A stretch of DNA of 53,059 nt from Candidatus Doudnabacteria bacterium (GTDB lineage: Bacteria; Patescibacteriota; Doudnabacteria; UBA920), in contig CAIVSE010000033.1 of assembly GCA_903908535.1 (NCBI GenBank), positions 1-53,059 on the forward strand. Reading direction: 5' to 3'. The notes under the pieces were generated by a model. It was not told the origin of the DNA. It worked only from the letters and a program-made list of their open reading frames with translations, and searched no databases. This document shows, in pieces, positions 19,464 to 28,309 of this stretch (positions within the stretch are counted from its first letter, which is position 1; each line of letters starts with the position of its first letter). A program made the translations under genes and the position numbers.

Positions 19464-20858
19464 ATGCTTGACCATAAGCAAAAGCTAGGAAAAATTGCCG
19501 GACAAATGGTTTCGGCGGCGCGTGAACATAGGAAACTTCGGATTTTTCACGGTTTTTCCCATACTACCAGGGAATTAAACTATCAGGAAAATGAAGTCAT
19601 AGATATTAGCGCTTTAAATAATATTTTGGAAATAAACGTTGAAGGTAAATATGCTTTGGTGGAACCTAATGTCACCATGCAGGTTTTGGTTGAGAAGACC
19701 ATGGACAAAGGCCTGGTTCCGTTGGTTGTTCCGGAACTTCCTAAAATAACTCTTGGTGGATCGGTGCAGGGGGGGGCGGGTGAAAGCAGTTCTTTTAAAT
19801 ATGGCGGTGTTCACAATATATGCGATGAATATGAAATTGTCCTGGGAAATGGTGAAATAGTTACTGCCTCCAAAGATGTAAATCCAGATTTATTTTGGGG
19901 CTTACCGTGTTCTTATGGGTCACTGGGTATTACGACTTTGGTAAAAATAAGACTGACCGAAGCCAAAAAGTTTGTGAAATTATCCTATTTGCCGGTGGGC
20001 AGCTTTTTAGAGCTTAACCGGATTATTAAAGAACAGAGAGAACAGCCTATAGATTTTGTTGACGCCATTTTATTTGGCCCAAACAGCGGGGTGGTAATGG
20101 TAGGAATAATGGTGAACGAGCCGGATGATGACGATAAGGTCATGACCTTTTCCGGCGAATCTGACGAATGGTTTTATTTATATGTTCAAAGCAAGGTAAA
20201 AAAACAAAACTTTGTTCCCGACCATATTCCTTTAAAAGATTATCTTTTTAGGTATAATCAGGGGGCTTTTTGGACCGGTAAATTAGTTTTTGATAAGCTA
20301 AAAATCCCGTTTACAAAACTTAGCCGAACTTTATTGTACAAACGCCTTAACGCCGAAAGCCTGGGCAAGGCCGTGCATTCTGTAAATAACTCGCAATCCG
20401 GCATCTGTCAGGATTTTTGCTTGTCACAGGAAAAACTCACGGATTTTTTGGATTATTTAAATACAACTTTGTCCATTTATCCTTTATGGATATGTCCTTT
20501 GATGGTATCCAAAGAAAATGATAAATTATCTCCCACAAATATTAATAGTGAACAAGCAGTAAATGTTGGAATGTATGCCAAATTTGATGGAGGTTATAAC
20601 AAGTTTGTCGCGGTTAATCGAGCTCTAGAGCAAAAGCTTGCGGAGCTTGGAGGCAGAAAAGTCTTATATGCCCACCAATATTACTCACCCGAAGAATTTT
20701 GGAAAATATATGATTTAGATTGGTATAATAAATTAAGGAATAAATACTTTGCCAATAATGTCTTCCCGGATATTTACGAAAAAACCAACGTTAATAAAAA
20801 ATATCAAACGAAGGTTTTAAAGACGGTATTATCTTTTTTGGGTTTATCAAAGCACTAA
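19464..20858 (+). CDS. FAD-binding oxidoreductase, Delta(24)-sterol reductase (DHCR24)-like
   Basis: VEPNVTM, VVPELPKITLGG, GAGESSSFKYG, PCSYGSLG, YPLWICP and RKVLYAH..Y...EFW motifs. Confidence 0.75.
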   Translation: MLDHKQKLGKIAGQMVSAAREHRKLRIFHGFSHTTRELNYQENEVIDISALNNILEINVEGKYALVEPNVTMQVLVEKTMDKGLVPLVVPELPKITLGGSVQGGAGESSSFKYGGVHNICDEYEIVLGNGEIVTASKDVNPDLFWGLPCSYGSLGITTLVKIRLTEAKKFVKLSYLPVGSFLELNRIIKEQREQPIDFVDAILFGPNSGVVMVGIMVNEPDDDDKVMTFSGESDEWFYLYVQSKVKKQNFVPDHIPLKDYLFRYNQGAFWTGKLVFDKLKIPFTKLSRTLLYKRLNAESLGKAVHSVNNSQSGICQDFCLSQEKLTDFLDYLNTTLSIYPLWICPLMVSKENDKLSPTNINSEQAVNVGMYAKFDGGYNKFVAVNRALEQKLAELGGRKVLYAHQYYSPEEFWKIYDLDWYNKLRNKYFANNVFPDIYEKTNVNKKYQTKVLKTVLSFLGLSKH

Positions 20859-20887
20859 AAAATTCCGCACAATGGGTCCCATTGTTC

Positions 20888-21448
20888 CTACTGGCTAACT
20901 CTTTCCACATATTGCCCGTCGCGTGTATCTATGCGGATCATATCGCCTTCTTTTATAAACATGGGGGCGTTTACACTTAGTCCTGTTTCTAACTTTACAG
21001 GTTTGGTGACGTTGCCGCCGCTGTTGCCTTTGGTATCCGGCGGGGCTTCGGTAACTTTAAGCTCTATCTTAATTGGCAGTTCTATGGAAACGGGGCGGTT
21101 GTTAAAGCGCAAAATGCTGACTTCCATGCCTTCCTTTAAGTAGGCTTCCTGCTCCTGGGTGACTTCCTTGGCAATATCCACGGTTTCAAAGGTCTCATTG
21201 TTCATAAAGTGCGTGCCCTCGGCATCGGCATACAAAAAATTGGCTTTTTCGCGCACCACATCGGCTTCATCTATGCGTTCGCCAAACTTAAAGGAATATT
21301 CGTATTGCTTGCCGGTAATAACATTGCGAAGCTTGGTCTGCATCACGGGTTTGCGCTGGGCCGTGCGCATGCGGTTGCTCCAAATGACCTGCACGGGCTG
21401 GTTTTCCCACAGGATAATGGTCCCGATTTTCATGTCGTTTAAATCCAT
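20888..21448 (-). CDS. efp: Elongation factor P
   Basis: TKLRNVITG, LETGLSVNAPMFIKEGD and IRIDTRDGQYVER. Confidence 0.93.
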   Translation of the reverse strand: MDLNDMKIGTIILWENQPVQVIWSNRMRTAQRKPVMQTKLRNVITGKQYEYSFKFGERIDEADVVREKANFLYADAEGTHFMNNETFETVDIAKEVTQEQEAYLKEGMEVSILRFNNRPVSIELPIKIELKVTEAPPDTKGNSGGNVTKPVKLETGLSVNAPMFIKEGDMIRIDTRDGQYVERVSQ

Positions 21449-21477
21449 GGTGTATAAATAATAAGATTAATTGATTT

Positions 21478-21590
21478 GTTTTCCGGAGCCCGGATTCACT
21501 TCGGGCGGAGGAAAATCTTTGAAGGGAAAGGATGAGGCGAGCGAAGCGAGCAAGTTGAGAAGGAAAACCGACAAGGTTGTCCTTTTCAAA
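21478..21590 (-). repeat. 113-bp structured direct repeat, copy between rpsR and efp
   Basis: 4 mismatches versus 21871..21983. Confidence 0.92.
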
Positions 21591-21593
21591 ATC

Positions 21594-21851
21594 TTACGCT
21601 GCGACAAAAGGCAACAATGCCATGTGCCTGGCGTGTTTTAAGGCTTTGGTGACCATGCGCTGGTGCTTGGGGCAGGTGCCGGTGCGGCCATGGGCCAAAA
21701 TTTTGGCGTGCGGCGACATAAAGCGGCGCAGGGTTTGCGCGTCTTTGTAGTCCACGGTGGAAATTTTGTTGGAACAAAAATAGCACTGCTTTTTTACGGC
21801 AGGGGTGCTGTTGTTGTTTCGGCGGTCATAGCTGTTTTGGTGGGGTCTCAT
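21594..21851 (-). CDS. rpsR: 30S ribosomal protein S18 (Zn-binding C+ form)
   Basis: CYFC..VDYKD..LRRFMS..KI...RTGTCPKHQR..ARHMALLPF. Confidence 0.96.
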   Translation of the reverse strand: MRPHQNSYDRRNNNSTPAVKKQCYFCSNKISTVDYKDAQTLRRFMSPHAKILAHGRTGTCPKHQRMVTKALKHARHMALLPFVAA

Positions 21852-21870
21852 AATATTATTAAGATTAATA

Positions 21871-21983
21871 GTTTTCCGGAGCCCGAATTCACTTCGGGCG
21901 GAGGAAAATCTTTGAAGGGAAAGGATGAGGCGAGCGAAGCGAGCAAGTTGAGAAGGAAAACCGACAAGGTTTGCCTTCTCAAA
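21871..21983 (-). repeat. 113-bp structured direct repeat, copy between ssb and rpsR
   Basis: Near-identical to 21478..21590. Confidence 0.92.
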
Positions 21984-21988
21984 TTTTC

Positions 21989-22471
21989 TTAAAACGGGAT
22001 TCCATCCACGTTAATTTCTTCATCCTGGTTGATTACCGGTAATTCCTCGGCCGGGGGGTTGGGGATAAAATCGGTTCCTTGGGATTTTGGCGCTGGCTGG
22101 GGAGTACTGTTATAGCTTCCGGAAGAAGCGGATTGCCCGGCGGCCCGCTGCAGCATTATCATGTTATCGGCCACAATTTCGGTGCGGTAATTTTTTTTGC
22201 CGTCCTGGCCTTCCCAGCTGCGGGTTTGCAAACGGCCTTCTATATAAACCTGGGTGCCTTTTTTGAGGTACTGGTGGGCAATTTCTCCCAACTTGCGCCA
22301 CAGGACTACGTTGTGGTATTCCGGCGTATCAATTTTTTGTCCGGTTTCTTTGTTGGTGTAAGAATAATTAGTGGCCACAGAAAGGCTGGTGACATTGATT
22401 CCGGAAGGCGTGGTGCGCATTTCCGGGTCTTTAGTTAGCCGGCCAATTATCATGACTTTGTTTAAATCCAT
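21989..22471 (-). CDS. ssb: Single-stranded DNA-binding protein
   Basis: NKVMIIGRLTKDPE, YIEGRLQTRSW and an acidic C-terminal tail ending IPF. Confidence 0.97.
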   Translation of the reverse strand: MDLNKVMIIGRLTKDPEMRTTPSGINVTSLSVATNYSYTNKETGQKIDTPEYHNVVLWRKLGEIAHQYLKKGTQVYIEGRLQTRSWEGQDGKKNYRTEIVADNMIMLQRAAGQSASSGSYNSTPQPAPKSQGTDFIPNPPAEELPVINQDEEINVDGIPF

Positions 22472-22486
22472 AAATTTATAGATTAA

Positions 22487-22960
22487 TTACTTGGTTAAAT
22501 CTTCGGTCAAAGCGGCTTCTATCTTTTCATCCAAAGCCTTTTCGTCCAGTTCAATTATTGGTGCAACCGGTTTTTTGGCCCTAACTTCGCTCTTGCTTTC
22601 GGTTGCTTCGGCAGGAATGCGGCGGATAATTTTGGATTGCGCTATTTTATCTTTGGCCATGCGCTCCAAATATTCATCCAGATTGATAATGAGATAGCGG
22701 ATAATGCTCTGGTCCATGGAGTGGATTCTGGCATCCAGTCCAAAAACTTTTTTTGGCTCCATGGCGAAGTTGACCACAACATAATGTCCGTTGCGGGTTT
22801 TTTTAATGGTATAGGCCAGTTTTTTTTTGCCCAGTTGGGTTTCCACCACATCTGTGCCGCCAAAATCTTCTACTAGTTTTTTTACTTGCGCCGAAACTTG
22901 CGGCACGTCTGTGTCGGCCACATTGGCGCCGAGCAGGTACATAAGCTCATATTGAGGCAT
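22487..22960 (-). CDS. rpsF: 30S ribosomal protein S6
   Basis: YELMYLL, GKKKLAYTIKK and IIRYLII; rpsF-ssb-rpsR synteny. Confidence 0.95.
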   Translation of the reverse strand: MPQYELMYLLGANVADTDVPQVSAQVKKLVEDFGGTDVVETQLGKKKLAYTIKKTRNGHYVVVNFAMEPKKVFGLDARIHSMDQSIIRYLIINLDEYLERMAKDKIAQSKIIRRIPAEATESKSEVRAKKPVAPIIELDEKALDEKIEAALTEDLTK

Positions 22961-23113
22961 AAGGAGTGTTCCTTATTCCTCCCGATTCATCGGGAGGAAA
23001 TATGATTAATAATATTAAGTTATTGCAATTATAGCATTTCTATTGGAGATTGTCACTATTGACAAAAAATAATAAATAAGGGATAATATAGCTTTTTATG
23101 GGTTCCGGCCTCT

Positions 23114-24190
23114 TTAATTGGCAAACCTAAAGTGCACCACGTCGCCATCCTGTACTACATATTCTTTGCCTTCTACCCGAAGCCATCCCTTTTCCCTGGC
23201 CTGCACGTATCCGCCCGCTTCCAAAAGTTTATCCCACTGTATGACTTCAGCGCGGATAAAACCCTTTTCAAAATCAGTATGGATTTTACCGGCCGCCTGC
23301 GGGGCACGACTGCCGGCTTTGCAGGTCCAGGCTTTGCTCTCTTTTGGGCCGGCCGTTATAAAGGTAATCAATCCCAAAGTTTTATAAGCCGCAGTAATAA
23401 TTTTGTGCAGGCCGGATTCCTTTAATCCTAATTCTTCCAAATATTGGGCCCGGTCTTCGTCGGAAAGTTCGGAGAGTTCACTTTCCAATTGGGCGTCAAT
23501 CAGAATTTCCCCGGGTGCACAATGGGTCCCATTGTGCAGATAGGTTTTGGTATCTAAATCAAACTTATCGTTGGCCACAAATAAAAACGGTTTTTGGGTT
23601 AACAATTGGATATCCTTGCTGTGCTCTTTTTCTTCATCGGTCAGCGTTACGGTATTGGCCATATGCCCGGCTTCCAGGACGTGTTTGTATTTTTCCAAAA
23701 CCGCCTTTTTAACAATACTTTCGCGGTCGCCGCCTTTAGCCTGTTTGGCAACGTCAGGCAGGCGTTTTTCTACTGTTTGTAAGTCTGCTAATTGTAGTTC
23801 AATGGCAATGGTTTCCATATCCCGTTTAGGGTCTACATTACCGTTCACGTGGATAATATCTTTGCTTTCAAAAACTCGTGTAACTTCCATAATGGCGTCC
23901 ACTTCGCGGATGTGCGACAAAAATTTATTGCCCAAACCTTCGCCCTGGCTGGCACCCTTAACCAGGCCGGCAATATCTACAAATTCAATAGATGTGGGTA
24001 CAATTTTTTCGGATTTTTCCAGTTCCGCCAGTTTAGCCAAACGTTCGTCGGGCACGGCCACCACCCCGACATTGGGGTCTATAGTCGCGAACGGGTAGTT
24101 GGCGGCTTCCACCTTGGATTTAGTGATGGCGTTAAATAACGTTGATTTGCCGACGTTGGGCAGGCCGACAATGCCGATTTGGAAAGACAT
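23114..24190 (-). CDS. ychF: Redox-regulated ATPase YchF
   Basis: GIVGLPNVGKST, ANYPFATIDPN, DIAGLVKGASQGEGLGNKFL and a TGS domain. Confidence 0.97.
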   Translation of the reverse strand: MSFQIGIVGLPNVGKSTLFNAITKSKVEAANYPFATIDPNVGVVAVPDERLAKLAELEKSEKIVPTSIEFVDIAGLVKGASQGEGLGNKFLSHIREVDAIMEVTRVFESKDIIHVNGNVDPKRDMETIAIELQLADLQTVEKRLPDVAKQAKGGDRESIVKKAVLEKYKHVLEAGHMANTVTLTDEEKEHSKDIQLLTQKPFLFVANDKFDLDTKTYLHNGTHCAPGEILIDAQLESELSELSDEDRAQYLEELGLKESGLHKIITAAYKTLGLITFITAGPKESKAWTCKAGSRAPQAAGKIHTDFEKGFIRAEVIQWDKLLEAGGYVQAREKGWLRVEGKEYVVQDGDVVHFRFAN

Positions 24191-24354
24191 AAGGAATTTA
24201 GGATTTAGGATGTAACATTTATCATTTTAATCCAATTTGCCTGTTTAGCCAAGGGTTAGTGCGTCCCTGTTGTCGGATGCCCCGTTTTTTTGTTATAATA
24301 AGGGCAAGAACCGGCCTTGGCCGGCAACTACAATCCAATGGGGGTAACATATAG

Positions 24355-24756
24355 ATGAGAAAGATAGGTTTTGGAAGGCAGTTAGGCATTAGTCGACCGT
24401 GCGCGCGTTGTCCGCACCAGCTTCGGAATTCCCGTAAGAGGAGCCGGTACAAGGACAGTAGCACTCATGTTTTAAATAAGCTGGAGCAGTGCCCGGAGGA
24501 CATTCGCGACTGCATTTCGGAATTGAAGTCCCGCGCAGAAATTGGAAGCAGGCAGCCATCGCATCTGGCCCGGCAGATTTATTATGTGGCCAAGGAAATC
24601 GGCCGCCGCATAAAAAAGATCGGATGGTATATCGAAGAGTTTGCCATCACGGTTTTGGCCATCCAGGCCAAAAGCGAGGCGGTACAGTTCCGGTTTTTGT
24701 TCGGATCTTCCATTTTTGTCATTAACCTCCTGCCGGAGGACGCCCTGTCAGCGTAG
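24355..24756 (+). CDS. Hypothetical protein (start uncertain)
   Basis: 133-aa ORF filling a gap, with a TATAAT upstream and a terminator-like hairpin downstream. Confidence 0.4.
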   Translation: MRKIGFGRQLGISRPCARCPHQLRNSRKRSRYKDSSTHVLNKLEQCPEDIRDCISELKSRAEIGSRQPSHLARQIYYVAKEIGRRIKKIGWYIEEFAITVLAIQAKSEAVQFRFLFGSSIFVINLLPEDALSA

Positions 24757-24820
24757 TTTTCTTTCCGTGGCCGCCCGCCAGTTTTATCCGGGCGGCCTTT
24801 TTTATGCTAAAATACAGTAT

Positions 24821-25618
24821 ATGCAAATTGCTAACTTTAACAAAATCAAACCCAAGCAACTGATAGTTTTTGACATGGATGGCACCTTAACCCCCACCAA
24901 AGCCCCCATGGACAGGGAAATGACGGCTTTAATGGCCAAATTACTTTTGGTTAAAAAAGTCGCGGTTATTGGCGGCGGCAAATACCAGCTGTTTAAACAG
25001 CAGCTGCTGCAGCCGCTAAAAGTCAAAAAAGAATTATTTAAAAATTTATTTTTATTTCCCACCACCTCCACGGCTTTTTATAAATACAATGGCGGCTGGA
25101 AAAATGTTTATCTTTTACAATTAAGCCAACAGGAACGCCAAAAAATTAAAGCAACCTTTCAAAGAGTGTTTGATGAGATAGGCTACCGCCAGCCCGAAAA
25201 GATTTATGGCAAGGTTATAGAGGACCGCGGCACCCAGGTGACATTTTCGGCTCTGGGGCAGGAAGTAGTGGCAATGCTCGGCAGGGTTAAGGGCGTGGCT
25301 TTAAAGGAGCAATGGAAGGAACACAATACTCCGGTGAAATTAAAAATCGCCGGACTGATGCAAAAATATTTGCCGGAACTGGAAGTCCGAGCCGCCGGCC
25401 ATACATCCGTTGACGTGACCAAAAAGGGGATAGATAAAGCTTACGGACTGCGGCAAATAGAAAAGCATCTTAAAGTTAAAATTAAGGATATGCTGTTTGT
25501 GGGGGACGCCATTTTCCCCGGCGGCAACGATTACGCCGTGACTAAAACCCCGGTGGATTATATTGCCGTTGCCGGACCGGAGCAGACAAAGGATATTATC
25601 AGGAAAATTTTAGGGTAA
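24821..25618 (+). CDS. HAD-IIB family hydrolase (phosphomannomutase-like)
   Basis: FDMDGTL, IEDRGTQVTFS and FVGDAIFPGGNDY; start at MQIANF after a tgcTAAAAT -10 box. Confidence 0.85.
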   Translation: MQIANFNKIKPKQLIVFDMDGTLTPTKAPMDREMTALMAKLLLVKKVAVIGGGKYQLFKQQLLQPLKVKKELFKNLFLFPTTSTAFYKYNGGWKNVYLLQLSQQERQKIKATFQRVFDEIGYRQPEKIYGKVIEDRGTQVTFSALGQEVVAMLGRVKGVALKEQWKEHNTPVKLKIAGLMQKYLPELEVRAAGHTSVDVTKKGIDKAYGLRQIEKHLKVKIKDMLFVGDAIFPGGNDYAVTKTPVDYIAVAGPEQTKDIIRKILG

Positions 25619-25683
25619 AAAATAGCGGCCGTCCAAATGAATGGGCGACCGCTGGTTTGTTATGCCGCGACAGATGAGGCCTC

Positions 25684-26028
25684 CTAAATTTGGTAGACCG
25701 CAGAGGCGGCGTTCAGGAATTTTTCCGGCCCGAGCGCTTCATATTTCATCCTGGCCTGCCTGGGCGAGAAGGGATGCAGGGCCAGAAGGACAATATTCTC
25801 CCGCGACAGTTCACATACCGGGCGTTCCGGGAACGGCTCGGTTACTCCGTAGAACCCAATTTTGTCTGAAGGGATAACCTGGGGCAATTTGTCATCGTGG
25901 TTTGGGTTATAGTACTTCATGGTAAACCCAAACACAGCTTGCGGTTGTTCCGGCGGCGTCCAGAATGGCCGTGGGAGCGCATTTGCGTCAGTCGTCAGCA
26001 CTGCTAAACACCAGTTTTGCGTCAACAT
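25684..26028 (-). CDS. Hypothetical protein (may be a frameshifted continuation of the upstream ORF)
   Basis: 114-aa ORF overlapping 25988..26410 by 41 nt. Confidence 0.4.
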   Translation of the reverse strand: MLTQNWCLAVLTTDANALPRPFWTPPEQPQAVFGFTMKYYNPNHDDKLPQVIPSDKIGFYGVTEPFPERPVCELSRENIVLLALHPFSPRQARMKYEALGPEKFLNAASAVYQI

Positions 26029-26410
26029 GGACTTTCTCCTTGTGTTGCGTTGCGGCGAGTTGCCTGCTTCTTAAGGCCAAAATCCCTTCTTTATTCAAAG
26101 TATCTAACGTCTTGGTCACAGAAAGGCCTACTACCAACAAAGCTTGCGGCTTCGGGCACCTCCTGGTTGGGTGAAAATGGTTTCTGGTGTGGGAGTTGTC
26201 TATCCCAAAGGCCATAAAGTCCTTTGGCCCTTCGGGAGTAACAAATCCAAAACATTTGTAGGAACGCCACGCAACATCGTGGACGTCCGGCTGGAGAAGC
26301 AAATATCCCATGAGTCTGGGATTAGCTTTTAATCTTCTTTTCCAATATTCCTTGTAGGCGTTTGTGAGGCTGTCGGGATTATCGTAAAATGCCAGGCATG
26401 TACATTCCAT
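25988..26410 (-). CDS. Hypothetical protein
   Basis: SD-like aaggggg before ATG (MECTC...). Confidence 0.5.
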   Translation of the reverse strand: MECTCLAFYDNPDSLTNAYKEYWKRRLKANPRLMGYLLLQPDVHDVAWRSYKCFGFVTPEGPKDFMAFGIDNSHTRNHFHPTRRCPKPQALLVVGLSVTKTLDTLNKEGILALRSRQLAATQHKEKVHVDAKLVFSSADD

Positions 26411-26457
26411 ATTATCCCCCTTAAGTTTTTCAAAACCAAACAAAAAACCGGATGCTG

Positions 26458-27432
26458 TTAAAGCAATCCGATTTTTTGTTTGACTTCAAATAATGTTTGG
26501 GCTGCGACTTTGTGGGCACGGTTTGCCCCGTCAGCCAGCACTTCGGCCAGATACTCCTTTTTTCCCAATAATTCCTGTTTCTTTTCCCTGTATTCCACAA
26601 AGTAATTCCCAATGTCCCGGGCTAGAATTTCTTTGAGTTCGCTGAATTTTAAGCTATCATTTTTTTGCTGGCCGCGGAAGTAATCCGTTTGTTCCTTAGT
26701 GCCAAAATGTTCCAGCAGCAAAAATAAGTTTTCCACTCCCGGGGATTTTTTGCCTCCCTCTGTGGCCGTAACCGCTTTTTTTAACTTTCGCATTATTTCT
26801 TTTGGTTCGTCATCCATTAACAGCGCTTCGTCGCCGGTTTTGCTCATTTTCTTTTCCGGGTCGGTAAGGCTCATAATCCGCAACGGTTTGCGCATGTAGG
26901 TTTGCGGTTCCGGAAAAATTTTGCCAAAGCGATTATTAAATTTGCGGGCTACCGTACGGGCAAGTTCTATGTGTTGTGTTTGGTCGTCTCCCACCGGCAC
27001 CGCAGTGGCTTTATAGATTAAAATATCGGCCGCCATCAAAATTGGGTAGGTAAGCAAGCCGGAGTTTGCCTGGTCTTCTGATTGGGCTTTGTCCTTAAAT
27101 TGTGTCATCCGGTACAGCTCGCCAAGCGGGGTCAGGCAGTTAAAAACCCAGGATAGGGTTGCGTGTTCCAAAACGTGGTTTTGCAGGAAAAATATTGATT
27201 TTTTAGGATCTATTCCCGCGGCCAAGTAGGTTGCGGCAACATCTAAAGTATTGCTTGAAAGCTCTTTTGGATTAAAGCTTGTAGTCATGCCGTGCAAATC
27301 GGCAATAAAAAAGTAGCATTGGGTAGTTTCTTTTTTTTGCAATTCCAGCCATTGCTTGAGGGCGCCCAAGTAGTTACCAATATGTAGCTTGCCTGAAGCT
27401 CTGGCGCCTGATACTATGGTCTCTGATTTCAT
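26458..27432 (-). CDS. trpS: Tryptophan--tRNA ligase
   Basis: HIGN (HIGH), ADLHG, YPILMAADIL, VPVGDDQTQH and KMSK motifs. Confidence 0.97.
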   Translation of the reverse strand: MKSETIVSGARASGKLHIGNYLGALKQWLELQKKETTQCYFFIADLHGMTTSFNPKELSSNTLDVAATYLAAGIDPKKSIFFLQNHVLEHATLSWVFNCLTPLGELYRMTQFKDKAQSEDQANSGLLTYPILMAADILIYKATAVPVGDDQTQHIELARTVARKFNNRFGKIFPEPQTYMRKPLRIMSLTDPEKKMSKTGDEALLMDDEPKEIMRKLKKAVTATEGGKKSPGVENLFLLLEHFGTKEQTDYFRGQQKNDSLKFSELKEILARDIGNYFVEYREKKQELLGKKEYLAEVLADGANRAHKVAAQTLFEVKQKIGLL

Positions 27433-27459
27433 ATAGGTATTATAGCACAAGAGTTAATT

Positions 27460-28149
27460 TTATTGGGTTATCTCCGCCACGGTCGCATCGGCTAAGATTT
27501 TCATGGTGTCATAGATCTTGATGTTGTTTTGCTGGGGGATTAGCAATTGTAAATCGGTACAGGCCAAAATGATATTTTTGACATTCTTTTTTCCAAAATC
27601 TTGGATTACTGTGAGTAGCATATCCCTATCCTTGTTGTCGTATCGGCTGGAGACTATATTGTGTAAAAGTTTGCCAATTTTGGCTTGTTGCAGATTATCT
27701 GGTATTATAGAGGTAATGCCTTTTGCTTTGAGTGGTTGTTCATAGAGTTTACTTTTGGTGGTTATAGGTGTGGCAATAATCCCAACTTTTTTTATCGGTT
27801 GCTTTTTTAAGAATTTTGATGTTTCTTCTAAGATACTTAAGACCGGTATTTTTACCGATTCCCTTACCCCTTTTATAAATTTATGCAAAGAATTGCAGGG
27901 TAGAACTATAAAATCAGCCCCAGCTTTTTCCAAATTTTTTGCTGCTGCTAATAGTAATGGTAGGATTCTTTCTTCTCCGATACCGTCCGCTATGGCGTTT
28001 TTCTCGACATCAAATCGTAGGGGAATACTATCCACAAGGACGTGTGGATAACTAATTTTGTTTATCTTTTTGCACGAGAAAATTAGCTCTAAATAAAATT
28101 CAGAGGTTGTTTCCGGACCGAGACCGCCAATTATGCCAACTGTTTTCAT
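27460..28149 (-). CDS. Aspartate/glutamate racemase family amino-acid racemase
   Basis: MKTVGIIGGLGPETT; catalytic cysteines in PCNSLH and LACTDL. Confidence 0.9.
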   Translation of the reverse strand: MKTVGIIGGLGPETTSEFYLELIFSCKKINKISYPHVLVDSIPLRFDVEKNAIADGIGEERILPLLLAAAKNLEKAGADFIVLPCNSLHKFIKGVRESVKIPVLSILEETSKFLKKQPIKKVGIIATPITTKSKLYEQPLKAKGITSIIPDNLQQAKIGKLLHNIVSSRYDNKDRDMLLTVIQDFGKKNVKNIILACTDLQLLIPQQNNIKIYDTMKILADATVAEITQ

Positions 28150-28167
28150 AAAATATTGTTTAATGTT

Positions 28168-28199
28168 AAAGAAAAACACCTGTGCGAAGCCTAGGTGTT
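28168..28199 (-). terminator. Attenuator terminator hairpin
   Basis: Minus strand aacacct-aggcttcgcac-aggtgtt-tttcttt. Confidence 0.75.
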
Positions 28200-28223
28200 A
28201 CATGACAAAAACCAAGGACTTTG

Positions 28224-28274
28224 CTATTGCAAGTCCCAGCGCCAAGTTATTAAATTTAGTCCGTTACTTTTCAT
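28224..28274 (-). CDS. Trp-containing leader peptide MKSNGLNLITWRWDLQ
   Basis: 16-aa ORF (ATG 28274 to TAG 28224) with TGG-CGC-TGG overlapping hairpin 1; not in the ORF track. Confidence 0.75.
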   Translation of the reverse strand: MKSNGLNLITWRWDLQ

Positions 28275-28280
28275 AGTTAA

Positions 28281-28309
28281 ATACTACAACGTTTAATAGT
28301 AGATGTCAA
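28281..28309 (-). promoter_or_regulatory. Sigma-70 promoter for the leader/racemase transcript
   Basis: TTGACA-17 nt-TAGTAT, with TG before the -10 box, 6 nt before the leader ATG. Confidence 0.75.

Noticed and set aside
22961..23000. S6:S18 autoregulatory leader upstream of rpsF
   Set aside because: A tcctcccgat/atcgggagga hairpin and an SD-masking aagga/tcctt stem exist, but I cannot match the known motif with confidence.
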